A stretch of 44,831 nt of DNA from a virus: IMG/VR virus record IMGVR_UViG_3300036940_000089; one strand, written 5' to 3'. The translations under genes were made by a program, and so were the position numbers. The notes beneath the pieces were generated by a model that was not told the origin of the DNA, made no database searches, and saw only the letters and a list, made by a program, of their open reading frames with translations. This document shows, one piece after another, positions 1-7,437 of this stretch. Every line of letters starts with the position of its first letter. Position 1 is the first letter of the stretch.

Positions 1-127
1 TCAAGATGCTGCTTACGCTTGCCGTCTCCAGCCCACACCTGGAATTCTTTGCACTCGCGGCATGTAGACATGCAGAACGCAAACAGTTTAGCGTGGCATC
101 TATGACACGGCGGAAGGTCGTCGTGCC
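1..127. repeat. Terminal overlap: 1-127 identical to 44705-44831
   Basis: Read directly: tcaagatgctgcttacgcttgcc...cggaaggtcgtcgtgcc occurs at both window ends, so the unique length is 44704 bp. A length of exactly 127 nt looks like an assembler k-mer circularisation overlap. A genuine short DTR cannot be excluded. Confidence 0.9.
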
Positions 128-335
128 ACTTGTAAACCCTCGCCATATTGCGGTGGATAATCCTGTCTTCCTCGGCCCATAACCCTTTGATGATCGCCGC
201 CTTTTGTTCGGAGCAGGAAAACCCTTCGTGGCGCATAAGGTCGGCCATCTCTCCGGGGCCTGCGGGGTCTATCGCGCCGCTTAACACTCGTTTTATCATG
301 CGGTAGTGGTGCTTGCGCTGGTTGTCCGATGCCAT
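1..335 (-). CDS. Hypothetical Cys/His-rich protein, 115 aa, spanning the circular junction (complement join 44692..44704,1..335)
   Basis: ATG at 335-333 follows AAGGAGGGG. The frame is open to base 1 (MASDNQRKHHYRMIKRV...CHRCHAKLFAFCMSTCRECKEFQVWAGDGKRKQHL) and finishes DKAG-TAA at 44694-44692. It is absent from the ORF track because it runs off the window edge. Confidence 0.6.
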   Translation of the reverse strand, partial: MASDNQRKHHYRMIKRVLSGAIDPAGPGEMADLMRHEGFSCSEQKAAIIKGLWAEEDRIIHRNMARVYKWHDDLPPCHRCHAKLFAFCMSTCRECKEFQVWAGDGKRKQHL

Positions 336-345
336 GTGCCCCTCC

Positions 346-2592
346 TTATGCAATAAATGACATTTGCTCTGCGGTGTCGGCGTCGGCTTCTTTGAGATTC
401 TTGACTGCCTGCCGCCAGTAACTTTCTTTAAGCTCGGCTCCGACAAACCTCCTACCCATTTTCAAGGACTGATAGCCCTCAGATCCGATGCCGGTAAACG
501 GGGAGAAAACCAAGTCGCCCGGGTTGGTCCACAATTGCAGTGCCCTCTCGATCACGTCCAGTTGCAGCGGGCATATATGCCGTTCGTCCTTGTCTTCTCT
601 GGCGCTGCGTCTCTGCAGAGTGTTCGACGGGTTAATATCCATCCAGACCGGCGAGGCATACCGCTGCCACACGTCTATACTCAGGTTTTTGGTTTGCTGA
701 AATGTCGATTGATCCCCGGCAAAGTGGGTCAATTCTCCCGTAACAGGCTCTGGATTTTCCCCTGGCTTCCTCATTACGACTAAATAATCCGGGACGCCTT
801 GGCGACTCATGCAACTATCTTTTTTAAGTTGTTTGTGGAGTAATCCAAGTGCCTTTGTGCGTTGCATGGCCGTTACCGGGTCCTTCCAAATAACCACTTC
901 GCTGTGATAAATCCACCCGGCGTCCTGAAATGTTTTAATCAGCTGGCCGCGAAAATCCTTTATGCCGATCACCCCGTCACGCGCCTTGGACGTCGGCAGA
1001 TTCATACAGTGAAAGGCGCACAGTCTGCCGGGCTTGGTGATACGTAACAGTTCCGGCACTAGAAAACAGAAGTGGTCGGCAAACTCTTGGTCATTCTTGC
1101 AATTCCCCATGTCCCTGTCGCTTGCCGAGTAGGTGTAGAGCGAGGAAAACGGCGGCGAAAAGATGGAAAAATCAATACTGTCGTCGTTAATCTCGCGGGC
1201 CACGTCCACGCAGTCCCCAAGAAATACTTTCCAGTTTTCTGACTCAGCCACGTCGCGGACATAATCGACCTTTTGACGGACGGTGCCGTGGATATCATTG
1301 CCGTTCAAATCGGCCATGTGTTTAACCATTTCCGAAGCCATCAACTCCGTGTCAGCCTCTTTGCGTTCAATGTTTTTCACAACCGCCCCTTCCGTTTCTG
1401 CGGTCACGACATGGACTGTGACCTTGTTTTTCTGCCCGAACCGCCAGCACCTTCTAACAGCTTGATAAAACTGCTCATAAGAGTCCGACAAGCCTAGGAA
1501 TATCATGGTGTTACAGTGCTGCCAGTTCATACCGAACCCGGCGATACTTGGTTTGCTGACCAAAACCCGGAACCTGCCGTCAGGAAAGCCAAGTAAAGAC
1601 TGCTCCTTATGTTCCGGTTTGTCGGCCCCTTTAACCTCCACAGCACCGTCAATCAGGCTTTTTGCTGCGGCTGATTCGTCATTAAGGTTGCACCACACCA
1701 AGCAGGGCCCGTCCGTTTCGTTGGCGATTTGTGCGGCGAGTTTGGCGCGGTCGTCAATCGTCGCTTTGCGTTCCTGCTGCCGTTCTTGCAACGTCAAGGC
1801 TTCGACCGGGAACAGAAAGCCATCCGGAGCCTCATCCTTTTTGACGACGTGGTGCACAATTTCCATGTCCGGCAGCACAAACCCGCCATCGTCATAGCCC
1901 AGATCGGACGGCTTTCGGACCATCACCGCCCAGGAAGAAACCCATCGCCAGAAGTCGTCTGAAGCATGGCCCTTGAGTCGCCATTTTTGCGTTTCCCCAC
2001 CGTCATGGACAAAAAACATGGAGAGCATTTCAGTGCGGCTCATAGCCCCTAAGAACTCCGCATGGTTGCCTAATTCCATGTGGTCATTCGGTGCAGGGGT
2101 CGCTGTGCAAGCCAGACGGAAACTCGTGTTCCTGAACGACTCGATAATTTGGTTGCGGACTTTCCCCGTATAACTTTTAAGAATTGACGATTCATCCAGC
2201 ACCACCCCGACAAACTCGCTCGGATCGAACTTGCTCAACATTTCATAGTTGGTTATAGTGACCCCCTGCCCAACCTGTTCTTGACTGCGGCAGTAACGCA
2301 CCTCCACGCCAAACTTCTCACCTTCCCGGGCGGTTTGGCTGGATACGGCCAGAGGGGCCAGTATTAGTACATTGCCCCCCGTTTCTTGATGGATGACGCG
2401 GGACCATTCAAGCTGCATGGCGGTCTTGCCCATGCCGCAATCGGCAAACAAGGCTGCTCGGCCTCGTTTCAGGGCCCAACTCACAATGTCCTGCTGGAAG
2501 TCGAAAAGCATATCATTTAGCGGTGGCAGGCTAGATAGACCTGTTGGCCGATCAACAACGGACTTTTTGTGTAGGAAATTTTGATAGTTCAC
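346..2592 (-). CDS. SNF2/SF2 helicase fused to a beta-class N6A/N4C DNA methyltransferase
   Basis: Helicase motifs: ADCGMGKTAMQ (Walker A), VLDESS (DExx), CTATPAPN, QAVRRCWRFGQ (motif VI). In the MTase part, motif IV SPPF (IFSPPFSS) precedes motif I FSPFTGIGSEG. Start moved to GTG 2592, which has GGAGGTGGAG just upstream; the track start 2694 would overlap ssb. Confidence 0.85.
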   Translation of the reverse strand: MNYQNFLHKKSVVDRPTGLSSLPPLNDMLFDFQQDIVSWALKRGRAALFADCGMGKTAMQLEWSRVIHQETGGNVLILAPLAVSSQTAREGEKFGVEVRYCRSQEQVGQGVTITNYEMLSKFDPSEFVGVVLDESSILKSYTGKVRNQIIESFRNTSFRLACTATPAPNDHMELGNHAEFLGAMSRTEMLSMFFVHDGGETQKWRLKGHASDDFWRWVSSWAVMVRKPSDLGYDDGGFVLPDMEIVHHVVKKDEAPDGFLFPVEALTLQERQQERKATIDDRAKLAAQIANETDGPCLVWCNLNDESAAAKSLIDGAVEVKGADKPEHKEQSLLGFPDGRFRVLVSKPSIAGFGMNWQHCNTMIFLGLSDSYEQFYQAVRRCWRFGQKNKVTVHVVTAETEGAVVKNIERKEADTELMASEMVKHMADLNGNDIHGTVRQKVDYVRDVAESENWKVFLGDCVDVAREINDDSIDFSIFSPPFSSLYTYSASDRDMGNCKNDQEFADHFCFLVPELLRITKPGRLCAFHCMNLPTSKARDGVIGIKDFRGQLIKTFQDAGWIYHSEVVIWKDPVTAMQRTKALGLLHKQLKKDSCMSRQGVPDYLVVMRKPGENPEPVTGELTHFAGDQSTFQQTKNLSIDVWQRYASPVWMDINPSNTLQRRSAREDKDERHICPLQLDVIERALQLWTNPGDLVFSPFTGIGSEGYQSLKMGRRFVGAELKESYWRQAVKNLKEADADTAEQMSFIA

Positions 2593-2608
2593 TTCTCCAC
2601 CTCCTATC

Positions 2609-3070
2609 TCAAAACGGGATAGAGTCGGAATCATCAAACGGCGGCTCCTGATACCCACCGCCTGTTCCGCTTCCGTATTCGCTGCGTGAGGCACTTTCTT
2701 GTCGCTGCCCTTGCCATTGGTTGCGCTGGCCGTTGTCGTCGCTTGCGCGGCCTAGCATCTGCATTTGGTCGGCTACTATCTCGGTGGTGTAGCGCTTGTT
2801 ACCGTCACGGTCTTCATAGCTGCGAGTTTGGATTTTGCCCTCGATATACACTTGGCGGCCCTTGCTCAGATACTTGCCGCAGATTTCTGCGATTTGCCGC
2901 CACGCGACGATGTTGTGCCACTCGGTTTTCTCCTGGCTGTTGCCGTCACGGTCTTTGTAGCGCTCCGTGGTAGCAAGCGAGAAATTGCAAACCGCTGTCC
3001 CTGATGCGGTGTAGCGAAGTTCGGGGTCTTTGCCTAAATTGCCAACGAGGATACATTTGTTTACCGCCAT
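2609..3070 (-). CDS. ssb: Single-stranded DNA-binding protein
   Basis: Classic OB-fold SSB N-terminus ([27 protein letters not shown]...EWHNIVAW), a Gly/Gln-rich linker and an acidic C-terminal tip DDSDSIPF. Confidence 0.95.
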   Translation of the reverse strand: MAVNKCILVGNLGKDPELRYTASGTAVCNFSLATTERYKDRDGNSQEKTEWHNIVAWRQIAEICGKYLSKGRQVYIEGKIQTRSYEDRDGNKRYTTEIVADQMQMLGRASDDNGQRNQWQGQRQESASRSEYGSGTGGGYQEPPFDDSDSIPF

Positions 3071-3105
3071 GTTATGTCTCCAAAGTTAAAGTAAATTGTT
3101 AGATG

Positions 3106-3513
3106 TTATGCAGCTTCGATAATGATTTCAGTTCGCGGCCTGTCACCGTAAATCTTCCGCGCTTCCAACTCGAACACCTGGGAATCATCGCGCCAAGCCA
3201 CCCCGTTAAGACAGTCCTTGGCAAACTTCACAAGATTGTCCAAGTCCGGCTTTTTCGTATGCTGTTGCGGGGCAGAAGGTTTCAGTTTTGCCGCATTCTT
3301 GCCCGTTCCAAAGTGGCCTTTAGGTCGCGGCATGGCAAATAGCATTTTCACTTTCAGCGGCCCTTGAAAAAGGTCTTTAACTTGCCCCTTTGCGAGCAAC
3401 AACCATTTGCCTTCCTCGGTTTCCTGATCGTTGTATGTCTGCACAAATTGACCTCTCCGTGCAAAACGAGGCCTTTTCTTCGCTATAGGTGCGCCTTCAA
3501 TAACAATGTTCAT
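3106..3513 (-). CDS. rusA: RusA-family Holliday junction resolvase
   Basis: 135 aa with the RusA signature KPDLDNLVKFAKDCLNGVAWRDDSQV and an N-terminal KKRPRF segment. Confidence 0.85.
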   Translation of the reverse strand: MNIVIEGAPIAKKRPRFARRGQFVQTYNDQETEEGKWLLLAKGQVKDLFQGPLKVKMLFAMPRPKGHFGTGKNAAKLKPSAPQQHTKKPDLDNLVKFAKDCLNGVAWRDDSQVFELEARKIYGDRPRTEIIIEAA

Positions 3514-3686
3514 GCCGCCTCCTTAAACACTTCCTTGACTCGCTGCCACATGCGCTTGTATTTTCCAAGGCGCGTTTGTAGCTCCCCGATAATTTGCCGA
3601 CACCGCGCAAGCTCAGCGTCTTTCGCGTCGATCATCATGCGCTGCTCGGATACCGCTATTTCCAGGGCCGTGCATCTGTCACACAT
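3510..3686 (-). CDS. Small hypothetical protein (58 aa, coiled-coil-like)
   Basis: ATG 3686 follows AAGGAGC. Sequence MCDRCTALEIAVSEQRMMIDAKDAELARCRQIIGELQTRLGKYKRMWQRVKEVFKEAA. Its TGA overlaps the rusA ATG (ATGA). Below the ORF-track size cutoff. Confidence 0.5.
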   Translation of the reverse strand: MCDRCTALEIAVSEQRMMIDAKDAELARCRQIIGELQTRLGKYKRMWQRVKEVFKEAA

Positions 3687-3737
3687 ATGCGCTCCTTTAA
3701 TTAATTTTCCATGTTTGACGGTCTAATATCTGGATAC

Positions 3738-3753
3738 GTGGAAAATTTTCCAC
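3738..3753. promoter_or_regulatory. 16-bp perfect palindrome GTGGAAAATTTTCCAC (candidate dimeric protein-binding site)
   Basis: Read directly in the 87-nt spacer between two early genes. A half-site-like copy AATTTTCCAT recurs at 3703-3712. Confidence 0.45.
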
Positions 3754-3773
3754 CTATCACTCTGTTGTATTGC

Positions 3774-3995
3774 TTAGTCGATCTCGGTGATAGTTATTTC
3801 CACTCTCCGGCCATGCACTGATTCTGTCGTGTATCCGCAGGCGTTTATTAGTTCGCCAATGGTCATCACATCAAAATCGCTACTTACAAAGCATGTCCTT
3901 ACGCCGCTACTTGTTTGAAGAGGGTTAAAGTGTCCTTCAATCTCTGATTGGAGCTTCTCTTGGCAGTCAGAAATATAAACGGTTTCTTCCACCAT
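3774..3995 (-). CDS. Hypothetical protein (73 aa)
   Basis: ATG 3995 preceded by AAAAGGAGGAA; clean ORF. Confidence 0.6.
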   Translation of the reverse strand: MVEETVYISDCQEKLQSEIEGHFNPLQTSSGVRTCFVSSDFDVMTIGELINACGYTTESVHGRRVEITITEID

Positions 3996-4102
3996 TTCCT
4001 CCTTTTATGACCCAGCGCAATACAACCAGCACCTAAAGCGGATGGAATACGCTGGCTGCTAAATTCTCAAACGGTCACCCGCCACCGCTTAGGCTTATTC
4101 CG

Positions 4103-4390
4103 TTAGAGCCCTAGCTTCCGGATGTTTTGGAGCACTATCCGTAGGGTCGATTTTACCGGCTTGTCCTTAAATGTGGTGATAGGCCACCCGCGCTTATCCT
4201 TCTTCCACCAGGGCAGCATTTGGCGTTTGGTGCGCTCCAGTTCTTTTTGCACTGTCAGGCGCGGGGCCGTCACAGCCTCCTTCAACTCCATAGCTTGCCG
4301 ATGAGTTACGTTAATTTTGTAAAATGATAGCCAAGCATCTACAGCGGTTTGCTCTGGCCATGTGCTGCCGCAACATTGCTGTGTATCCAT
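4103..4390 (-). CDS. Hypothetical protein (95 aa)
   Basis: The track ORF starts at 4402. The second ATG (4390, MDTQQCC...) has GGAGGA 4 nt upstream, while the first has no SD. Confidence 0.55.
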   Translation of the reverse strand: MDTQQCCGSTWPEQTAVDAWLSFYKINVTHRQAMELKEAVTAPRLTVQKELERTKRQMLPWWKKDKRGWPITTFKDKPVKSTLRIVLQNIRKLGL

Positions 4391-4476
4391 ATTTTCCTCC
4401 ATGCTCTAACAAACGCATCGACCCTCGCCTTCTGCTGGACTCGCTACGCTCGCCGGTCATGCTTGATCGTTATGTG

Positions 4477-4650
4477 TCATACCTTTCGGACATACTCGCC
4501 ACTCGGAAGTTGTATATAACCGCCAACAGGCGCTTTCTCGTAGGCTTCGCACGTCCTGCATATGTTTGCAGGCTGCGAATAATGGATGTTTGGGTTACTG
4601 TCATCCTCGCAAAACTCGCGACCGCACTTTTTACAAACACATTTACGCAT
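4477..4650 (-). CDS. Small zinc-ribbon-like protein (57 aa)
   Basis: MRKCVCKKCGREFCEDD...ICRTCEAYEK contains two CxxC pairs. ATG 4650 has AGGTGG 8 nt upstream. Confidence 0.55.
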   Translation of the reverse strand: MRKCVCKKCGREFCEDDSNPNIHYSQPANICRTCEAYEKAPVGGYIQLPSGEYVRKV

Positions 4651-4688
4651 ATATTTGCCACCTAAATTCTGCACATAACCAGCCAGTC

Positions 4689-4759
4689 CAGCGGACGGAA
4701 GACCAGCGGCGGTTCTCGTTTAGGTCATCGCTGCGCCGTTATCGGCACACCGTCCGCTG
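4689..4759. repeat. 71-nt intergenic element bounded by a 10-bp inverted repeat (CAGCGGACGG...CCGTCCGCTG)
   Basis: Read directly. It has the same length and termini as the element at 5323-5393 and contains the small hairpin GCCG-ttat-CGGC. Confidence 0.7.
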
Positions 4760-4775
4760 ACCATGTTCGTTATCT

Positions 4776-5000
4776 TTACTCAGTATCCCATGGCCTATCA
4801 TCCTTACTCTGGCAGATATAGAAATCAAAGTCGCAGTCTGTTCCTTCAGGAGGAACCAGTTTGTACCCTGGCGTACATTGTGAAAAATCGTTACCGCATG
4901 GCACGAGGTCAGTAATATCACACCCGCATTCAGCCCCATTTTGCAGCCCATCAAAGTCATTCTCGTCAAGATAGTTTTTTACTATTCTCAGGCAATCCAT
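4776..5000 (-). CDS. Hypothetical Cys-rich acidic protein (74 aa)
   Basis: ATG 5000 follows GGAGCGCAAA; sequence includes ...GAECGCDITDLVPCGNDFSQCTPGY... Confidence 0.55.
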   Translation of the reverse strand: MDCLRIVKNYLDENDFDGLQNGAECGCDITDLVPCGNDFSQCTPGYKLVPPEGTDCDFDFYICQSKDDRPWDTE

Positions 5001-5038
5001 TTTGCGCTCCTATGAAGTTAAAAGATAACAAGTCCATA

Positions 5039-5073
5039 AACACGGACTCGTTTCACTCGCCGGTTATGTCGGC
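5039..5073. repeat. Intergenic repeat, A-type core AACACGGACTCGTttcACTCGCCGGTTATgtCGGC
   Basis: Near-identical copy at 5578-5609 and a diverged copy at 4437-4460 (GGACTCGCTACGCTCGCCGGTCAT). Confidence 0.7.
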
Positions 5074-5085
5074 GTTGGCTGGCTA

Positions 5086-5283
5086 TCAAGTACGCCTTAT
5101 CAGGTCATCTAATCGGTCAAGTTCTTCGCCGGTTCTGCGCGGCTTCATTGGCACTGTCGGGCCATAGTTTCTACGTTCAACAGCTCCGCAGTTTACGCAT
5201 GTACCAAGGGGTGGCAGTTTTCCTCCCCAAAACTCAGGCACTTCTACAGCGCCGCCGCATTCGCTACAGGTTCCTTTAATCAT
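5086..5283 (-). CDS. Small zinc-ribbon-like protein (65 aa)
   Basis: MIKGTCSECGG...GTCVNCGAVE has two CxxC pairs. ATG 5283 follows GGAGAGCTAA. Confidence 0.55.
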   Translation of the reverse strand: MIKGTCSECGGAVEVPEFWGGKLPPLGTCVNCGAVERRNYGPTVPMKPRRTGEELDRLDDLIRRT

Positions 5284-5322
5284 TTAGCTCTCCGATCCAC
5301 CGCGCCTGCCAACCAGCCACCG

Positions 5323-5393
5323 CAGCGGAAGGAAGACACGGTTCAGGTTTGCGTTAAAATTCGTGGTTCGCGGTCGGCCTCGCGCCTCCGCTG
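5323..5393. repeat. 71-nt intergenic element bounded by an inverted repeat (CAGCGGAAGG...CCTCCGCTG)
   Basis: Read directly. Paralogue of 4689-4759 with the same 71-nt span, the same terminal arms and a shared AAGAC...GGTTC interior start. Confidence 0.65.
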
Positions 5394-5410
5394 GCCTCAT
5401 CGTTGTTTTG

Positions 5411-5536
5411 CTATTCGTTCTCGCAACTTTCGCAGACACACTCAGGGCAGAGAACAGCCCCGCATTTTTCACATTCATGAGCATCTTCTTCCGAGAAATC
5501 GCAGCCACAATTTTCACACAATGTCGTTATGTCCAT
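5411..5536 (-). CDS. Tiny Cys-rich protein (41 aa)
   Basis: MDITTLCENCGCDFSEEDAHECEKCGAVLCPECVCESCENE. ATG 5536 follows GGAGACGAAA. Preferred over the overlapping track ORFs 5284-5517 and 5514-5708, which look non-coding. Confidence 0.45.
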   Translation of the reverse strand: MDITTLCENCGCDFSEEDAHECEKCGAVLCPECVCESCENE

Positions 5537-5577
5537 TTTCGTCTCCGTAGGATGCAGCGCAAAACAACCAGTCAATC

Positions 5578-5609
5578 AACACGGACTCGTAAACTCGCCG
5601 GTTATCGGC
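5578..5609. repeat. Intergenic repeat, A-type core (copy 2)
   Basis: AACACGGACTCGTaaACTCGCCGGTTATCGGC, compare 5039-5073. Confidence 0.7.
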
Positions 5610-5613
5610 ATCG

Positions 5614-5976
5614 TTATATCCCCAGTAGCTCGCCAACTTTTCTCCAGTCCACATATGGCCTCTCGTGTTCACCAGGATCGCGCAGTAGTGGAATACCAAG
5701 TGCAGCATCGTCTATATACATCTGACCATAGGCTTTAGGCGAGTTTGTCCATTCTTTTTGTGTCGGATTCTCGTTTACCCCATAAAGAGGTATGCCGTTT
5801 TCCTTAAACCAACTAACAGCGTCTGCAAGGTGGTCTCCATCCCGCATCGTAAATAAGATAATCTTGTTCCCCAGAACTGAGAGTTTTTTCAAATAAGGCG
5901 CAGCTCCAATATCCGCCCCCACATTTGGGTATTCATGTTTCACACACGTTCCGTCAAAATCTACACATATTTCCAT
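5614..5976 (-). CDS. HAD-superfamily phosphatase-like protein (120 aa)
   Basis: MEICVDFDGTCV carries HAD motif I (DxDxT); KAYGQMYIDD resembles motif III/IV. Start set at ATG 5976, which follows AAAGGAC. The track ORF (TTG 6129) extends through an intergenic repeat. Confidence 0.6.
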   Translation of the reverse strand: MEICVDFDGTCVKHEYPNVGADIGAAPYLKKLSVLGNKIILFTMRDGDHLADAVSWFKENGIPLYGVNENPTQKEWTNSPKAYGQMYIDDAALGIPLLRDPGEHERPYVDWRKVGELLGI

Positions 5977-6022
5977 GTTTAAGTGTCCTTTAATTTTGAT
6001 ATAACAAAACGTTAGAGTCGGA

Positions 6023-6058
6023 TTGCGCAAACTGCCGCGCAACCGGTTACCCTTGTCG
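6023..6058. repeat. Intergenic repeat, B-type: hairpin TTGCGC-AAACTGCC-GCGCAA plus CCGGTTACCCTTGTCG
   Basis: Shares the 8-nt loop and the 16-nt 3' flank exactly with 6246-6287, while the stem sequence differs and still pairs. Confidence 0.7.
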
Positions 6059-6070
6059 CTATATTTTGCT

Positions 6071-6205
6071 TCAACGCCATGCTCTAGGAGAAAGCCCCAG
6101 CAATAAGAACCATCCGAATCCACCAGCAAAAAAAGTCCAGTGTAGGGCAGCGTAGATGCAGAAAAGTATCAGCAAAACGTCAAATCCTGTCGCATATTCC
6201 CTCAT
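6071..6205 (-). CDS. Small hydrophobic (membrane) peptide, 44 aa
   Basis: MREYATGFDVLLILFCIYAALHWTFFAGGFGWFLLLGLSPRAWR. ATG 6205 lies 8 nt after AAGGAG. Confidence 0.4.
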   Translation of the reverse strand: MREYATGFDVLLILFCIYAALHWTFFAGGFGWFLLLGLSPRAWR

Positions 6206-6245
6206 GTTCATATCTCCTTAAAAAATCGGCTAACCAGCGGGTCAA

Positions 6246-6287
6246 CGCGGACCGCCGAAACTGCCCGGCGTCCGGTTACCCTTGTCG
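6246..6287. repeat. Intergenic repeat, B-type (copy 2): CGCGGACCGCCG-AAACTGCC-CGGCGTCCGG plus TTACCCTTGTCG
   Basis: Read directly; see 6023-6058. Confidence 0.7.
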
Positions 6288-6290
6288 TTG

Positions 6291-6593
6291 TCAACTACAC
6301 CGCCATATCCTGACCATACGTGCATGATTTGACGGCCTGTTGCTCTTCCGCATCCCTGCGTATACCCAACTCTTGTTTTTAAAAACAGCTCCGAAAGAGT
6401 TGCTATGAGCAGGCTGTACGCCAAGCAGGTCTAGCACCTCCCGCACTTCGTCCATCGTTACGGTGCCGTTTTTCTTGGCCAGGAGTTCGGCTATAGACCG
6501 TGCCGTGCCGACAAAATCACCTTCTTTGATTTCAATGGCGTCGAGGCCGTGCTGCTTGAGCTTCTCGCCTTTAAAGAGTCCCATCTGGTTCAT
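6291..6593 (-). CDS. Hypothetical protein (100 aa)
   Basis: ATG 6593 preceded by GTAAGGAGGAATC. Confidence 0.6.
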   Translation of the reverse strand: MNQMGLFKGEKLKQHGLDAIEIKEGDFVGTARSIAELLAKKNGTVTMDEVREVLDLLGVQPAHSNSFGAVFKNKSWVYAGMRKSNRPSNHARMVRIWRCS

Positions 6594-6602
6594 GATTCCT
6601 CC

Positions 6603-6800
6603 TTACTTGATAATCCCTCGCTCACGTTGCCGCAGGCGACGAGCCTTTTCCTTCGCACCTTGCGCCGGTCTGGTGGGATATTTGTAATTTCGCCCTGCAA
6701 GCCCTTTTGTTCTGTTGCTAAGTCCTGCGTAAACATCTTCCACTGTAGGGAATCCAAGGCTTTTAAAAACGCTTTGATAGTTCAGTTGATAGTTGTTCAC
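6603..6800 (-). CDS. Hypothetical basic protein (65 aa)
   Basis: GTG start 6800 follows GGGAGG and overlaps the upstream stop (GTGA coupling). Confidence 0.5.
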   Translation of the reverse strand: MNNYQLNYQSVFKSLGFPTVEDVYAGLSNRTKGLAGRNYKYPTRPAQGAKEKARRLRQRERGIIK

Positions 6801-7057
6801 ATTGCCTCCCTGAGTAATTCATTGGTTCGCTGCAAAAGCTCTTCTTCGCTTCCGTACTCCCTGCAAAATGCTTTCTTCCCAAGCGTGTGTATGCCGTCCG
6901 CGCCTTGATGATGCCTATAGCAAAGCGGAATCGTCTTGCTGTGCTTTCGCGTCTCGCCGTACCTGCGGACATGATGCACGTTGCAAGGGGTTGCTCCGCA
7001 TACAGCGCAAGGAAGAGAGGCCACGGCGTTAAGCCTGCGTTTATCTGCTACGGTCAT
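6797..7057 (-). CDS. Ref/DUF968-like HNH nuclease (86 aa)
   Basis: MTVADKRRLNAVASLPCAVCG...NVHHV...IPLCYRHHQGADGIH has the Cys pair plus HH...PLC..HH pattern of P1 Ref-like HNH proteins. ATG 7057 overlaps the ninB stop (ATGA). The track start 7306 lies inside ninB. Confidence 0.6.
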   Translation of the reverse strand: MTVADKRRLNAVASLPCAVCGATPCNVHHVRRYGETRKHSKTIPLCYRHHQGADGIHTLGKKAFCREYGSEEELLQRTNELLREAM

Positions 7058-7437
7058 ACCGCCACCCTCTCTTTCCACTCCACTCCATGCTCTGCGCCAA
7101 AACAGTAGATAAGCTCGATTAGCTCCGAAAACTCCGCCTTGCTCATTTTGGAAGTGTGCGCCCCTATCACCACAAAGCCCCCGTCGATCCCAGGAACGGC
7201 ACGTTGCTTTTTCAGCCCTGCGGTAAGCACGTCCTTCCACTCTTCCTTCGTGAGTTTCTGCCCGTACCATTCGACTTGCGTTGACAATTCGGTGAGCAAG
7301 GGCCACAGCAAAGCGTTCTGATCGAGTGAGCGTGTCGGCGGCTTAATCTCAACCACCATCCCTTCCGGTGCGTTCTGTACTGCTGCCATGGCGCGTTGAC
7401 GGGCGGTTTCGTGAGCGAGGGTAAAGCGTTGTTTCAC
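7054..7437 (-). CDS. ninB: NinB/Orf-family recombination mediator
   Basis: RSLDQNALLWPLLTELSTQVEWYGQKLTKEEWKDVLTAGLKKQ..VPG..GGFVVIG..TS.M...EF.ELIELI..FG...GV.W matches lambda NinB closely. GTG 7437 follows GGAGGTGG. Confidence 0.85.
   Translation of the reverse strand: MKQRFTLAHETARQRAMAAVQNAPEGMVVEIKPPTRSLDQNALLWPLLTELSTQVEWYGQKLTKEEWKDVLTAGLKKQRAVPGIDGGFVVIGAHTSKMSKAEFSELIELIYCFGAEHGVEWKERVAV

Noticed and set aside
4020-6240. The CTGGTT(A/G) motif upstream of early genes as sigma54 (-24 GG / -12 GC) promoters
   Set aside because: The GG-N10-GC spacing is met in only one copy (about 4665-4682). The others have GC at N7 or N9, and no TTGC -12 element is conserved.
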